Below are positions 36,597 through 47,346 of a stretch of DNA of 64,000 bases, in pieces. This stretch comes from Spirochaetales bacterium. Lineage in GTDB: Bacteria; Spirochaetota; Spirochaetia; SZUA-6; RPPD01. Below the pieces are notes generated by a model, which saw only the letters and a list, made by a program, of their open reading frames with translations, was not told the DNA's origin and did no database searches. The stretch is from contig JAFGJO010000055.1 in the NCBI GenBank assembly GCA_016929065.1, positions 401 to 64,400 on the forward strand, in the 5' to 3' direction. Made by a program: the position numbers and the translations under genes. Every line of letters starts with the position of its first letter. The first letter of the stretch is position 1.

Positions 36597-38723
36597 TTAC
36601 AGTCTGAAGAGCATATCCTCATAGGTCGGGTACGGCCAGTATTCCTGGGAGACAAGGCATTCAAGCTTGTCTGCGGGTGTACGGACTGCACTCATCGCGG
36701 GAAATACTTTTTCACGGAATGCTTTCGCCTGTGCATGCACATCCTCAACAGCCTGCGCGGCAACAAGAACCTTCTCAAGTTCCAGTGTTTTTGCCCGGAG
36801 TGTGTCAATTCCGCCACAGATATCTTCGAGCAGTTTCTCGAGGGTACCGGTCGGTGCTTTGGATAAAATAGCCTTGACCCCGCCGATTGTCCCTGCAAGA
36901 GAACTCATGTATTCGGTTGCTGCGGGCAAAATATCCCGCGTAGCCATGGATATCATAAGCTGGGCCTCGATATTGATCTGTTTGGCATAGCGTTCAAGCG
37001 AGATGTGAAAACGGGATTCCAGTTCCTTGTGTGTATAGACCTTGTGTTTTTCAAAAAGTGCAACAGATTCTTTTTTCGTAAGTTCAGAAAGGGCTTCAAC
37101 CGTTGATTTCATGTTCGGCAGGCCGCGTTTTTCTGCTTCTGCAAGCCATTCATCAGAGTATCCATTTCCGTTGAAAATAATTTTATTGTGCGCTTTGTAT
37201 GTATCGGTGACAATGTCCTGAATCGCCTTGTTTTTATCCGATGCTTTTTCCAGTTTGTCTGCAATTTCCGAAAGAATATCCGCTACAGTTGTGTTGAGAA
37301 CCACGTTCGGTTCTGCAATTGATTCTGATGAGGGAACCATCCGGAATTCAAACTTGTTCCCGGTAAAGGCAAACGGAGAGGTTCTGTTTCTGTCGGTCAA
37401 ATCTTTTGGAAGATCCGGCAACGTGCTCACGCCAAGCAGCATTTTCTGACCCTTTGAGTTGGTCACTGGTTTGCCCTCCGAAAGATTTTTCAGAATCTCC
37501 TGCAGCTGGTCACCGAGGAATACCGAAATAATGGCCGGAGGCGCTTCATTGGCACCAAGGCGGTGGTCATTTCCTGGGTTTGCTGCAGAGACGCGGAGGA
37601 GACCTGCATACTTATCAACCGACTTTAACACAGCCGAAAGAAAAACAAGAAACTGTGCATTTTCATGCGGATCATCGCCTGGTTCAAGGAGATTTAATCC
37701 GTCATCAGTTCCCATTGACCAGTTGTTGTGTTTGCCTGATCCATTGACCCCTGCAAAGGGTTTTTCGTGCAGCAATGCAACGAGGCCATGCCGTCCTGCG
37801 ATTTTTTGCATCGTTTCCATAACCAACTGGTTTCGGTCTGCGGCGACGTTCGAAACATCATAAATAGGTGCAAGTTCAAACTGGTTTGGCGCAACTTCGT
37901 TATGCTGGGTTTTCGCAGAAATTCCCAGTTTCCAGAGTTCAAAGTTGAGTTCCCGCATGAAGGCGGCGACCCGTTCCTTGATTGATCCGAAATAATGGTC
38001 CTCAAGCTCCTGGCCTTTTGATGGCATTGAGCCAAAGAGGGTGCGGCCTGCCAGCATCAAATCCATCCGCTGTTCCCAGTATTCTTTATCGATGAGGAAA
38101 TATTCCTGCTCGGGTCCGACAGTCGTTATCACTCTTGAGGAGGTTGTGTTTCCCAGTGCCTTGAGCACACGCATTGCCTGCTTTGACAGAGCTTCCATGG
38201 AACGGAGCAGAGGTACTTTTTTATCAAGTGCTTCACCAGTATACGAAATAAATGCCGTCGGGATGTACAGGGTGACACCGGTGTTGTCTTCTTTCAGAAA
38301 TGCCGGCGAGGTGGTGTCCCATGCAGTATACCCGCGTGCTTCGAACGTTGAGCGCAATCCGCCGCTGGGAAAGGACGATGCATCCGGTTCACCCTTGATA
38401 AGTTCTTTTCCAGAGAACTCCATCATGACTTTTCCGTCTGGTGTGGGAGAAATGAACGAATCATGTTTTTCGGCGGTGAGCCCGGTGAGCGGCTGAAACC
38501 AATGCGTGAAATGGGTGGCGCCTTTCTCAATTGCCCAGTCTTTCATTGCCATGGCGACGATGTCTGCGACTTCGAGGGTGAGGTCAGCGTTTCCTTCCTG
38601 AACTTTCTTGAGGGCACGGTAAATGTTTTTGGGAAGGCGTTCCTTCATGACTGCGTCATTAAAGCAGTGCATGCCGTAAATTTCTGTTACGGGATGTTTG
38701 GTGAAATCAATGGTTTTTTCCAT
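36597..38723 (-). CDS. glnA: Glutamine synthetase type III
   Basis: GATHFTHWFQPLTG.TAEKHDSF, GEPDASSFPSGGLRSTFEARGYTAWD, HEKPFAGVNGSGKHNNWS, DRNRTSPFAFTGNKFEFR. Confidence 0.97.
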   Translation of the reverse strand: MEKTIDFTKHPVTEIYGMHCFNDAVMKERLPKNIYRALKKVQEGNADLTLEVADIVAMAMKDWAIEKGATHFTHWFQPLTGLTAEKHDSFISPTPDGKVMMEFSGKELIKGEPDASSFPSGGLRSTFEARGYTAWDTTSPAFLKEDNTGVTLYIPTAFISYTGEALDKKVPLLRSMEALSKQAMRVLKALGNTTSSRVITTVGPEQEYFLIDKEYWEQRMDLMLAGRTLFGSMPSKGQELEDHYFGSIKERVAAFMRELNFELWKLGISAKTQHNEVAPNQFELAPIYDVSNVAADRNQLVMETMQKIAGRHGLVALLHEKPFAGVNGSGKHNNWSMGTDDGLNLLEPGDDPHENAQFLVFLSAVLKSVDKYAGLLRVSAANPGNDHRLGANEAPPAIISVFLGDQLQEILKNLSEGKPVTNSKGQKMLLGVSTLPDLPKDLTDRNRTSPFAFTGNKFEFRMVPSSESIAEPNVVLNTTVADILSEIADKLEKASDKNKAIQDIVTDTYKAHNKIIFNGNGYSDEWLAEAEKRGLPNMKSTVEALSELTKKESVALFEKHKVYTHKELESRFHISLERYAKQINIEAQLMISMATRDILPAATEYMSSLAGTIGGVKAILSKAPTGTLEKLLEDICGGIDTLRAKTLELEKVLVAAQAVEDVHAQAKAFREKVFPAMSAVRTPADKLECLVSQEYWPYPTYEDMLFRL

Positions 38724-39090
38724 CTAAGACTCCTGTGGTTTGTGGTATTTTTTTATTCTTTCCTCATGCTGCTCCAGCTTGCCAGAGTAAGAACAAAAAT
38801 CCCCAATTCATGAGGATAATTCTTTTGATACTGTGAAAATTAATTACCACTCCGCAGAAAATATACAAAAGTATATCTTTGTTCACCACAGATATTCCAA
38901 TTGCCAGGCGGGTGCGTTAGCAATACTCCAAGGAATAACGATAATTTACCTTATGAAAAAACAAAGGTCAAGAGAAAAAAGCTTTTTTTTTGGAGCAAGC
39001 CGGATTAGAATACTATAGAGTGTCGTTGACAGGGCGCTGTGTTTTGAATACGATTAAAAACATCTGAAATGTCAATTTGAGCAGGAATTA

Positions 39091-42000
39091 ATGAGTCTGA
39101 ATAAAGAAGCGAAAATAACCGTTCTCTCTCTACTGAAGTTTTTTTATGATGAAGAAGTGTTCACTCAATTAATTCGAGAATTTTACAATTCGGACCTTGA
39201 TATAAGCCTTGCCGCAATCCGGTCATCCGGTTCAATCGGAAACGAAATAGCCATCCCTCACCTTTATAAAATCCTTGATAAAGGAAAAATCGAGCAGAAA
39301 ATTGAGGTAATCCGGACTCATGCCAGAATCAGGGCCCCGTCTGTAGTGGTCATGCTGTTGAAGTACTTTACGCTGTTTCAGGAAAAGGAACTCCGGCTCG
39401 AAATTCTGCATGCATTGACCAGCATCAACCCGGATGATATCCAGGTTAAGGATTTATGCCGGACGATCATTCAGGACGGCAGTAATGACATCGAGCTGCG
39501 CGTCGCGGCAAGCGATGCCATTATTGAAACAAAGGATATTGCCTATATCATCAAATCCCTGAAAACCGCGCCCGAAGAAATATTAAAAAACATTTTCAAA
39601 AAGGCGATTTTTTTTGATCAGGAAAAAGCAGCAGAGGTCTTTCAGGAATTTGTTGATGTCTCGAAGAGTTTTTCTCCGGAAACCCTGGGATATTTTCTGG
39701 CCGGGTATCTGGTTCATGTAAAAAACGCTGATTATAAGTACCTGATCAACAAACTCACCAGCCGTTCAAAAAGAACGATCCAGATATTTTTGGAAATACT
39801 GTTTGAATGCAAATGTGATTATATTGCCCCGCTTCGGGTTTTTAAAACACTCCTGATCCTGCCGTATGTGAACCGGGAAAGTGAGTCGTTGACCGGAAAA
39901 AATCTCGAAAAGATTGTCGAGCTCATGCGGAAAGAATCTCCATTTGTTTTAAATGAACTTTCGACAATTACTGTTGCGCATCTTGATACGCTGTTTTCGA
40001 AAATCCGGCGTCAGTTTCTTTCAATGGACGGTGTTTCCCAGCGGGAGGTGCTGTTGTCAATACTGTTTGGTCGGCTTGTGGAGCGGTATGCAACCCCTGC
40101 GTTGCTTGAGGATCTCCTGCGGTATTTCAAGGGGAACAGGGTTGTTCCAGCACAAAAACTGATTGAAATGCTGAAACTTGCTCTGCATCCTGCCTCTGAA
40201 GAAGAAAAAAACCGGCTCAAAGCGTGCATTCAGCTTTTTGATCCGCACAACAAAGCCGCGCAGCTGAAAACCCAATCAGTATTAAGCCAGGTGGATCTGG
40301 AACGTCCTTCCCTTATGCGGCGGCTGAACCGGTTTATCCGTCTCGCCGGGCTTCTTGGCATTAAAACAGTAATCAAAAATATCCAACGGATTCTTGAATT
40401 TGCACGGACCGAACGTATTACCTATCTTGAGGAGACATCGGTGGTGAGTTTGTGCCAGCTGTATGACAAGACAACCCTCGATAAATCGGATGAATATTTT
40501 ATGCGCTGGCGCGAGAAACTGCCCGCATTGAAAGGATATATCCGGGGAATGAGATTCTGCAATCCGCCGATTCTCATGAAGGATATCGCAGAACTGCTGG
40601 TCAAGCCGGAGCTGGACAGTGAAATCCGGCGGCTCTGTCTGGATACGGTTGATAAAACCGATTTCAAGGGAGCAAAAAATATTCTTCCATTTTTCATACA
40701 GCTGCTGTTTGTTGAGGGTACTGAGGACGAAATGAAAGAAGCAGCGGGAAAAATTCTTGCACGCTGGGCCGATATAAGCGTGTTTCAGCAGATGCTTGAC
40801 CTGCTTCAGCACGAGGAAGCCTGTATCCGGGTTGTCGGGCTCCATGTGCTCCGTTTTCTGGCAGAACGCGATCCATCGGTACCGCGTGAAGTTTTGGTAA
40901 ACCGGTGTTATGTCCTGCTTGAGGATACTTCCAGCAAAGTGGTTCGTGAAGCACTGGTGACCCTGATCAGCCTGAATGACGATTATGCAATCCAGGTGCT
41001 GGGTGATTTTTTTCTCCCTGAAAAGCTGGAGGATGTCCCCGCAATTATAGAGCATCTGCCGCGTCCGCTTTCCCGGGACGTTATCTCATTGCTCCTGGGG
41101 AAATTGACCATCAATAATGAAAAGATACAGCTTATGTTTCGTGAAGTTCTGGAAGAGGTCGCTGCGAGTGAATCGTCCGAGGAATTGCGGAATGCATTAC
41201 TGGAAGCGCTGCAGACCGGCTCGAAACAGTCGCATAAGCAGGAACTGGAAGGTGCTCTTGACAAGCATACAAATCTGCTTGAAGAAGCAAAGCTGGAATT
41301 CAAATTCAAACGGGAAAATTCACAGATTCTCACTGTATTTTTTTGCGATATCGTCAGTTACACAGAGAAAAGCTCAATCGTCAATACATCTACACTCATG
41401 AAACTGATCCGTTCATTTGAAGGGATCGTCGGGCCGGTCATCAAAGGATACCGCGGTACAATAGTAAAAACCCTTGGCGACGGAATTCTTGCGGTCTTCA
41501 AGCATCCCCTAAATGCGGTGCTGGGGGCAATCAAGATCCAAAAAGAAATCCAGAAGTATAATCAGTACAAGATTGATGAGGAGAAATTTCAGGTCAGGAT
41601 CGGGCTCAACACCGGGCTGGTGATCCGCAAACAGCATGATATATTCGGGGATGTGGTGAATGTGGCTTCCCGTATGCAGACAGCTGCAAACCCCGGGGAT
41701 ATTCTGCTCACGAATTCGACATATCAGGAAATCAAAAACTTTATAAATTGCACCGAATTGGGGAGAATCAAGGTGAAAGGCAAGGAAGAGGCGATCATTG
41801 CCTATGCGGCCCAGGATGCTAAAGAGAATCTTGCCAATATTTTGAAAACTGCCGGGAAGAAAAAAGAAGTTGCGGTGCCAAAAAAGAAAGAGCAGAACGG
41901 TTCATCGCTGGCCGGGCTTCAGGCAAGCATGTTTGCTCCTTCATTTGATATTCCTGAAAACCTTCAGACAGGAAAATCATTGCTCCAGGAATTGGGCAAT

Positions 42001-42186
42001 CTTTTTCAGGATTTGACGGGAGCGGTTGAAGAAATCGCCAAGGATTATCATGAGGAATACGAGTTTAAAAAATATCTGCAGAGTAAATGGGATGCGTTGA
42101 TAAAAAACTGGGGAAAATATACACGAAAACAAGTGGCTGTGGTCAACGAGATGCTGTTCAAGCAGCGTCAAAGTGTCGGGACATGA
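39091..42186 (+). CDS. HEAT/ARM-repeat protein with a class III adenylate cyclase domain
   Basis: Helical Leu-rich repeats; VFFCDIVSYT, VKTLGDG, RIGLNTG, DIFGDVVNVASR. Confidence 0.85.
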   Translation: MSLNKEAKITVLSLLKFFYDEEVFTQLIREFYNSDLDISLAAIRSSGSIGNEIAIPHLYKILDKGKIEQKIEVIRTHARIRAPSVVVMLLKYFTLFQEKELRLEILHALTSINPDDIQVKDLCRTIIQDGSNDIELRVAASDAIIETKDIAYIIKSLKTAPEEILKNIFKKAIFFDQEKAAEVFQEFVDVSKSFSPETLGYFLAGYLVHVKNADYKYLINKLTSRSKRTIQIFLEILFECKCDYIAPLRVFKTLLILPYVNRESESLTGKNLEKIVELMRKESPFVLNELSTITVAHLDTLFSKIRRQFLSMDGVSQREVLLSILFGRLVERYATPALLEDLLRYFKGNRVVPAQKLIEMLKLALHPASEEEKNRLKACIQLFDPHNKAAQLKTQSVLSQVDLERPSLMRRLNRFIRLAGLLGIKTVIKNIQRILEFARTERITYLEETSVVSLCQLYDKTTLDKSDEYFMRWREKLPALKGYIRGMRFCNPPILMKDIAELLVKPELDSEIRRLCLDTVDKTDFKGAKNILPFFIQLLFVEGTEDEMKEAAGKILARWADISVFQQMLDLLQHEEACIRVVGLHVLRFLAERDPSVPREVLVNRCYVLLEDTSSKVVREALVTLISLNDDYAIQVLGDFFLPEKLEDVPAIIEHLPRPLSRDVISLLLGKLTINNEKIQLMFREVLEEVAASESSEELRNALLEALQTGSKQSHKQELEGALDKHTNLLEEAKLEFKFKRENSQILTVFFCDIVSYTEKSSIVNTSTLMKLIRSFEGIVGPVIKGYRGTIVKTLGDGILAVFKHPLNAVLGAIKIQKEIQKYNQYKIDEEKFQVRIGLNTGLVIRKQHDIFGDVVNVASRMQTAANPGDILLTNSTYQEIKNFINCTELGRIKVKGKEEAIIAYAAQDAKENLANILKTAGKKKEVAVPKKKEQNGSSLAGLQASMFAPSFDIPENLQTGKSLLQELGNLFQDLTGAVEEIAKDYHEEYEFKKYLQSKWDALIKNWGKYTRKQVAVVNEMLFKQRQSVGT

Positions 42187-42276
42187 CGCCAGCAGATCCG
42201 AAAATCAGGGAATTTGAACCTTTTATTTCACTACAATTTTCTTTATAATAAGGAAAAACAGACAAGGGAGGAATTC

Positions 42277-42975
42277 ATGAAAAAAATAATTGTCATGCTG
42301 CTTTTGCCGATGGTATTTCTGTCATGCATATCAGTAAGCGGATTACAGATCCCCACAACCCGGACAAAACCCGGGCTGGATGAAAGAACGATTATTGCCG
42401 GATTAAAGGAAGCTCTGAATATCGGGACAAAAAATGCAGTAAAGTATGTTTCCCGGACAGACGGGTATTTCAAAAATGTCAGAATTAAAATACCCATGCC
42501 GAAAGAACTGTCTGACGTTGACAAAGTTCTGCGGAGGTTCGGACTTGGAAAGAAGGTTGATGAGTTTGTCGAAACCATGAACCGCGGTGCGGAAAAAGCC
42601 GCACCCGAAGCAGTCGATATTTTTGTGGATGCCATCAGCCAGATGACCGTGAGCGACGGCATCGGAATTTTACGCGGAGCAGATAATGCGGCGACCCGCT
42701 ATTTTGAAAACAAGACCAGAAGCAGACTCTATAATGTTTTTCTGCCCATTGTAAAAAAAGTACTCGACAAGGTGGGTGTCACCAGTTTGTACAAATTTAT
42801 TGTGGAAGCGTATAACAAATTCTCTGGCGGAAAAAGGATATCATTTGATATCGATGCATATGTGACAAACAAGGCGCTTGACGGTCTGTTTATCATGGTC
42901 GGTGATGAGGAAAAAAAGATCAGGAAGGATCCTGCTGCCCGTGTTACAGATTTACTCAGAAAAGTGTTCGGCTAA
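42277..42975 (+). CDS. DUF4197 family lipoprotein
   Basis: AGLKEAL.IG...DGYF.N..IKIPMP...MNRGAEKA...AT.YF...YVT.KALDGLF....EEKKIR.DP.AR.TDLL.KVFG. Confidence 0.9.
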   Translation: MKKIIVMLLLPMVFLSCISVSGLQIPTTRTKPGLDERTIIAGLKEALNIGTKNAVKYVSRTDGYFKNVRIKIPMPKELSDVDKVLRRFGLGKKVDEFVETMNRGAEKAAPEAVDIFVDAISQMTVSDGIGILRGADNAATRYFENKTRSRLYNVFLPIVKKVLDKVGVTSLYKFIVEAYNKFSGGKRISFDIDAYVTNKALDGLFIMVGDEEKKIRKDPAARVTDLLRKVFG

Positions 42976-42995
42976 AATATTTTTTTAATAAATCC

Positions 42996-43032
42996 AGGGG
43001 TTGTCCAGCAAGCAGGCCAGCCCCTTTTTTTT
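42996..43032 (+). terminator. Terminator between convergent genes
   Basis: aggggttg...cagcccct plus T run. Confidence 0.7.
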
Positions 43033-43684
43033 ATACTGTTTTATCAGGATACCTGCATAGCTGTTTGATTTCGCAGCCGGGACAGTCGGGTTTTCTGGAT
43101 TTGCAGCGGAATCTGCCGTGCCAGTTGACAACATCCGAGAGGATGGTCTGATGCTGTTCCGGTAAAAACGAACGGATATCGGCTTCGAGTTTGTCAGGGT
43201 TGTTTTCCGTTGTAAGCCCAATGCGGAAACTGACCCGTTTGAAGTGGGTGTCCACAATGACCGCCGGCTTTGCAAAGCAGTGGCCGATAATGACATTTGC
43301 TGTTTTTCTCCCAATTCCCGGAAGTGTCACGAGTTTTTCTATTGTGTCGGGAACCTCGCCTTCATGATTTTTTATCAATGCATCGCAGAGTGCGAGAATG
43401 TTTTTCGCCTTGTTTCTGAAAAAACCGGTGGAATGAATGAGTCGTTCAAGTTCTGCCTGAGGGACGGAGGTCATCATTTTGGGTGACGAGGCTCGTAAAA
43501 ACAGGGCAGGGGTTACTGTATTTACCCGCTGGTCGGTACACTGGGCTGCAAGAATTGTCGCAATAAGCAGTTCAAAGCAGTTTTTATACCGCAGAAGGGG
43601 TTTTGCATCCGGATACACATTTTTTAAAATATCAATTACCTGAATAGCCAGCTTTTTTCTTTCGCTGTCTGAAATACTCATCAA
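43031..43684 (-). CDS. nth: Endonuclease III
   Basis: ELLIATILAAQCTD, LPGIGRKTAN, VDTH, C-X6-C-X2-C-X5-C Fe-S motif. Confidence 0.96.
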   Translation of the reverse strand: MMSISDSERKKLAIQVIDILKNVYPDAKPLLRYKNCFELLIATILAAQCTDQRVNTVTPALFLRASSPKMMTSVPQAELERLIHSTGFFRNKAKNILALCDALIKNHEGEVPDTIEKLVTLPGIGRKTANVIIGHCFAKPAVIVDTHFKRVSFRIGLTTENNPDKLEADIRSFLPEQHQTILSDVVNWHGRFRCKSRKPDCPGCEIKQLCRYPDKTV

Positions 43685-45398
43685 TTTCCTCTTTCGTTTT
43701 GCAGTTTAAAATATGCCGCGGTTCGCACCATGCCTTGCGCGCCATTGTTATTCCCAACCTGATGTGATCAAGGCCTGATGATTCGTGCAGATCCGGATTA
43801 ATGGAAGTGAGGACGCCAGCTTTGATGGCTTTTTTCATCATCTGCCAGGGAATATCCATGCGGTGCGGATTTGCATTGTGTTCAATAACCACTCCGTACT
43901 GGACGGCAGCCCGAATCACTGCATCCTCATCGTAGCTGTATCCGTCCCGGCGAAGCAATAGCCGGCCTGATGGATGGGCGAGGATAGTCGTGAAAGGATT
44001 CGAAATAGCTGTGATCAATCTTTTCGTGGCTTCATCTTTGGTCATCGTGAATTTTGAATGTACTGCACCGATGACAAAATCGAGCTTTGCCAGGATGCCT
44101 GCGGGGTAATCCAGTGTGCCGTCGGGATGGATATCAGATTCAATCCCCTTGAAAATATGAAACGGGGCGAGTTTTCTGTTGAGCATCTCTATCTCGTCAA
44201 TCTGCAAAAGAAGCCGGTCAACCGATAACCCTCCTGCGTAGGGAGCGCTTTGGGAATGGTCGCTGACGCACATATATGAAAGACCGTTTTTTATACACAA
44301 TTCTGCAAGCTGCAGAAGGGTGAGCTCACCGTCAGAGGCAGTGGTGTGGCAATGGATAAGGCCTTTTATATCCTGATCTGTGACAAGCCGGGGGAACGCC
44401 CCCGATTTTGCATGCTCAATTTCCTCCCCGGCTTCCCGAAGTTCCGGCGGAATAGAGCTGAGCCCGAGATACTGGTAAAACTCCTCTTCAGATTTCGGGT
44501 AGAGCGGGCCGGAAGAATCAAGAATTTCATATTCATTGACCTTTTTTCCCTGTTCCTTCGCAATTCCCCGAATCATTGTATTGTGCTCCTTTGAACCGGT
44601 AAAATACTGAAAGGCACAGGCAAATGACTTTTCTTCAATAACACGAAAATCAATCTGGAGGCCAAGAAACCGCAGTGATGTCTTTGTTTTTCCGCTTCCG
44701 GTGATAACGGGATTGCCGTTTTTGTCTTTGTCGGCAAATGTGACAAGCATATCCTGGATTGTATCAATTGTACTGCCGGCTTTTGAAACAAGCAGAATAT
44801 CCGCGTCCTTCACAATTTCTTTGCCGCGACGAAGGCTGCCGGCTATTTCTATCCGGGAAAAAAGGTGTGAAGCTTCAAGCTGTTTTTTTATCTGCTCTGC
44901 AATGAATAATGCTTGGAAAGAGAGAAACAGTCCTTCGGATTCTTTGTGAAACTGAATTGCTTTCAGGATTTTTTCTTCGGTTTTTGCCCCGAACCCGGCG
45001 AGATCCTGCAGGAGGTGGTTTTGCGCAGCCGCTTCAAGCTGTTCGATGGTGGTGATTTCTTTTTCCTGCCAGACGGAACGGATTTTTTTGGGACCCATCC
45101 CCTGGAGGGAAAGCATCGCAATGAGTCCTTCGGGAATCTGTTTTTTCAGGTTTTGTTCCTCGGTGCAGGTGCCGGTTGCAATCAGTTCGGTGATTGTGTC
45201 GGCAAGTGCTTCTCCAATGCCTCTGAGTTTGGTCAGCCTGCCTTCTGCAGCCAAATCAGAAACTGTTTCAGGCAGGTTTTCTAACATACGCCCGGCATTT
45301 TCAAAAGCGCGAATCTTAAAGGTGTTTTCACCCGCAAGTTGTTTTAAGACAGCGATTTCAGCGAGCTTGTCTGCAATTTCCCTGTTGTCCATGTACAT
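43632..45398 (-). CDS. polX: DNA polymerase X / PHP 3'-5' exonuclease
   Basis: GSLRRGKE...DADIL, QYFTGSKEHN, IPPELRE, HCHTT.SDG, ILAHPSGR. Confidence 0.94.
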   Translation of the reverse strand: MYMDNREIADKLAEIAVLKQLAGENTFKIRAFENAGRMLENLPETVSDLAAEGRLTKLRGIGEALADTITELIATGTCTEEQNLKKQIPEGLIAMLSLQGMGPKKIRSVWQEKEITTIEQLEAAAQNHLLQDLAGFGAKTEEKILKAIQFHKESEGLFLSFQALFIAEQIKKQLEASHLFSRIEIAGSLRRGKEIVKDADILLVSKAGSTIDTIQDMLVTFADKDKNGNPVITGSGKTKTSLRFLGLQIDFRVIEEKSFACAFQYFTGSKEHNTMIRGIAKEQGKKVNEYEILDSSGPLYPKSEEEFYQYLGLSSIPPELREAGEEIEHAKSGAFPRLVTDQDIKGLIHCHTTASDGELTLLQLAELCIKNGLSYMCVSDHSQSAPYAGGLSVDRLLLQIDEIEMLNRKLAPFHIFKGIESDIHPDGTLDYPAGILAKLDFVIGAVHSKFTMTKDEATKRLITAISNPFTTILAHPSGRLLLRRDGYSYDEDAVIRAAVQYGVVIEHNANPHRMDIPWQMMKKAIKAGVLTSINPDLHESSGLDHIRLGITMARKAWCEPRHILNCKTKEEIDEYFRQRKKKAGYSGN

Positions 45399-45491
45399 TA
45401 ATGCATAAAACTGAAATACAAAAAAGTCAATGGGATAATATACTTTTGATTTTTCACCTGAATCATGGTAGACTGAGAACAGGAGAACATC

Positions 45492-46007
45492 ATGAGGAAG
45501 TTTAATTGTTTACTGATTTCAGTTTTTTTACTTTCAGCTGTGTATTGCTTCGCCGATGAAACTAAAGACCGTCTTGGAATCAAGGGCGAAAAAATATTGT
45601 ACAGTTTCAGGATTTATCATTCAGAGAAAATTATATCGATTGTGGAAACTGCCCGGAAAACTCTCGAATACAGATTTGGCAAACCAGGCGCTGTAGAACT
45701 TGTTTACCCCGCGGTGTATAAAAAAGATGAAACAGTCTTTACGCTTCGCTGGTATATGCGGCCCGGCCTGGGCGGAACAAATATGGGAATGACCCGGCTC
45801 CGGTTTGAGTTTTTCAACAATGGATACAAATACAGAGTATATTTTGATGACTATGACGAGGATAACAGTCAGCAGAGCGGCATAGAAATTTACAATCCCC
45901 AGGGGAAGCAGGTTGCGGATTTAAAGGGTTATGACGTGATCGGGTCGCTGCTGGTTTTAATGGACGATCACCGGGTTAACACGGTTTTAATGCCGGGCGG
46001 CGAGTAG
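45492..46007 (+). CDS. Secreted hypothetical protein
   Basis: AGGAG RBS, signal peptide, LEYRFGKPG..ELVYP. Confidence 0.7.
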   Translation: MRKFNCLLISVFLLSAVYCFADETKDRLGIKGEKILYSFRIYHSEKIISIVETARKTLEYRFGKPGAVELVYPAVYKKDETVFTLRWYMRPGLGGTNMGMTRLRFEFFNNGYKYRVYFDDYDEDNSQQSGIEIYNPQGKQVADLKGYDVIGSLLVLMDDHRVNTVLMPGGE

Positions 46008-46080
46008 GCCAAACGTTTTCATTCGGCTTTCTTGACCAATAGAACCGGGTCTTTGTATACTTGCCCAAGCAGGGGGCTTT

Positions 46081-47331
46081 ATGGATTCCCGGTTCGGCAG
46101 GGCAGGTTTTTTATTTTTCGCGTTTATTTTTCTCTTTACAATAGTCCCCCGCGATATTCCGCACGCTCAGGAAGTTATTCCGGAGACAGGCGCGGAAGAA
46201 TCTGCAGCATCGACGGGCGGGGATATTATTTCACAACTGTTTTCTGTTTTTAATCATCCCCTGTTTACCGACTTTAAAGTACTGCATCTTTTCATCGTCA
46301 TCGTCGCGCTGCTGGCAGCAATGCTGTTCGGAAAAATGGTCTCTGCTTTGTTTAAAGGGTATATCACCCATCTGACGCAGCAGGGCGGCCGCAAAAAGGT
46401 GGTCGGATCGGTGCTGAATGCGTTCCGCCGTCCGGTTGTGGTCCTGTTGTGGGCGGGAATGATTCGTGTGGCCGGAGTTTTTCTGGAACCGCAATATTTG
46501 TCCGCGGTACTGTGGCTGACCGATGTCGGAATAAATTTTGCCGTCCTGTTGGTTATCTATGATTTTGCAGAAGTGCTTGAACAAATCCTCCTGGAACGGG
46601 CAAAACTGCCGGAATCCAGCATTAATGAAAAAATAGTTCCTTTCCTGAAAAAATTCATCCGTGTTGTCGCGGTATTAATCGTGGCGATTCAGGTGTTTCA
46701 GATTGTCTCTGGCCAGAGTGTCACCACCATTATCGCAGGATTCGGGATCGCGGGAATGGCGGTAGCCCTGGGCGCGCAGGACACCATAAAAAATTTATTC
46801 GGGTTTTTGATGATCATGATGGACAAGCCGTTTCAGATCGGGGACGAAATCACCTTTGAAGGCCATGAGGGGAAAGTGGAATCAATTGGCCTGCGCTCCA
46901 TGAAAATGAGGCGGTATGACGGGCATGTGGTAACGATTCCCAACATGCAGGCGGTTGACCGGCCGATTCACAATATCAGCAACCGTCCGAATATCAGAAG
47001 AAAAATAAAAATTGCATTACCTTATAATACAAAACCGGAAAAGATTCAGAAAGCGTTAACAATTTTAAAGGAACTCTTTAATAACCATGAAGGATGCAGG
47101 CCAAAGTTTCCGCCGCGGATCCATTTTACCGAATTGAATGCGGATAATCTCGAGGTTCGGGTACTGTACTGGTATCATCCGGCCAATTACTGGGCGTTCT
47201 GCGAGCATGCTGAAAAAATAAATCTTGCGATACTCACCCGTTTTAACAAAGCCGGTATAGAGTTTGCATTTCCAACACAGACCGTGGTCATCACACCGTC
47301 TGCGACAAAAAAAACGCATAAGAATACATGA
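46081..47331 (+). CDS. MscS-family mechanosensitive channel
   Basis: GIAGMAVALGAQDTIKN.FG...DKPF.IGD.I...G.VE.IGLRS...GIEFAFPTQT. Confidence 0.93.
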   Translation: MDSRFGRAGFLFFAFIFLFTIVPRDIPHAQEVIPETGAEESAASTGGDIISQLFSVFNHPLFTDFKVLHLFIVIVALLAAMLFGKMVSALFKGYITHLTQQGGRKKVVGSVLNAFRRPVVVLLWAGMIRVAGVFLEPQYLSAVLWLTDVGINFAVLLVIYDFAEVLEQILLERAKLPESSINEKIVPFLKKFIRVVAVLIVAIQVFQIVSGQSVTTIIAGFGIAGMAVALGAQDTIKNLFGFLMIMMDKPFQIGDEITFEGHEGKVESIGLRSMKMRRYDGHVVTIPNMQAVDRPIHNISNRPNIRRKIKIALPYNTKPEKIQKALTILKELFNNHEGCRPKFPPRIHFTELNADNLEVRVLYWYHPANYWAFCEHAEKINLAILTRFNKAGIEFAFPTQTVVITPSATKKTHKNT

Positions 47332-47346
47332 AAATATCAGTATCTG

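Noticed and set aside
38724-39090. sigma54 promoter or glutamine riboswitch upstream of GSIII
   Set aside because: The TGGCA words lack a correctly spaced -12 GC, and no glnA-motif consensus was recognised
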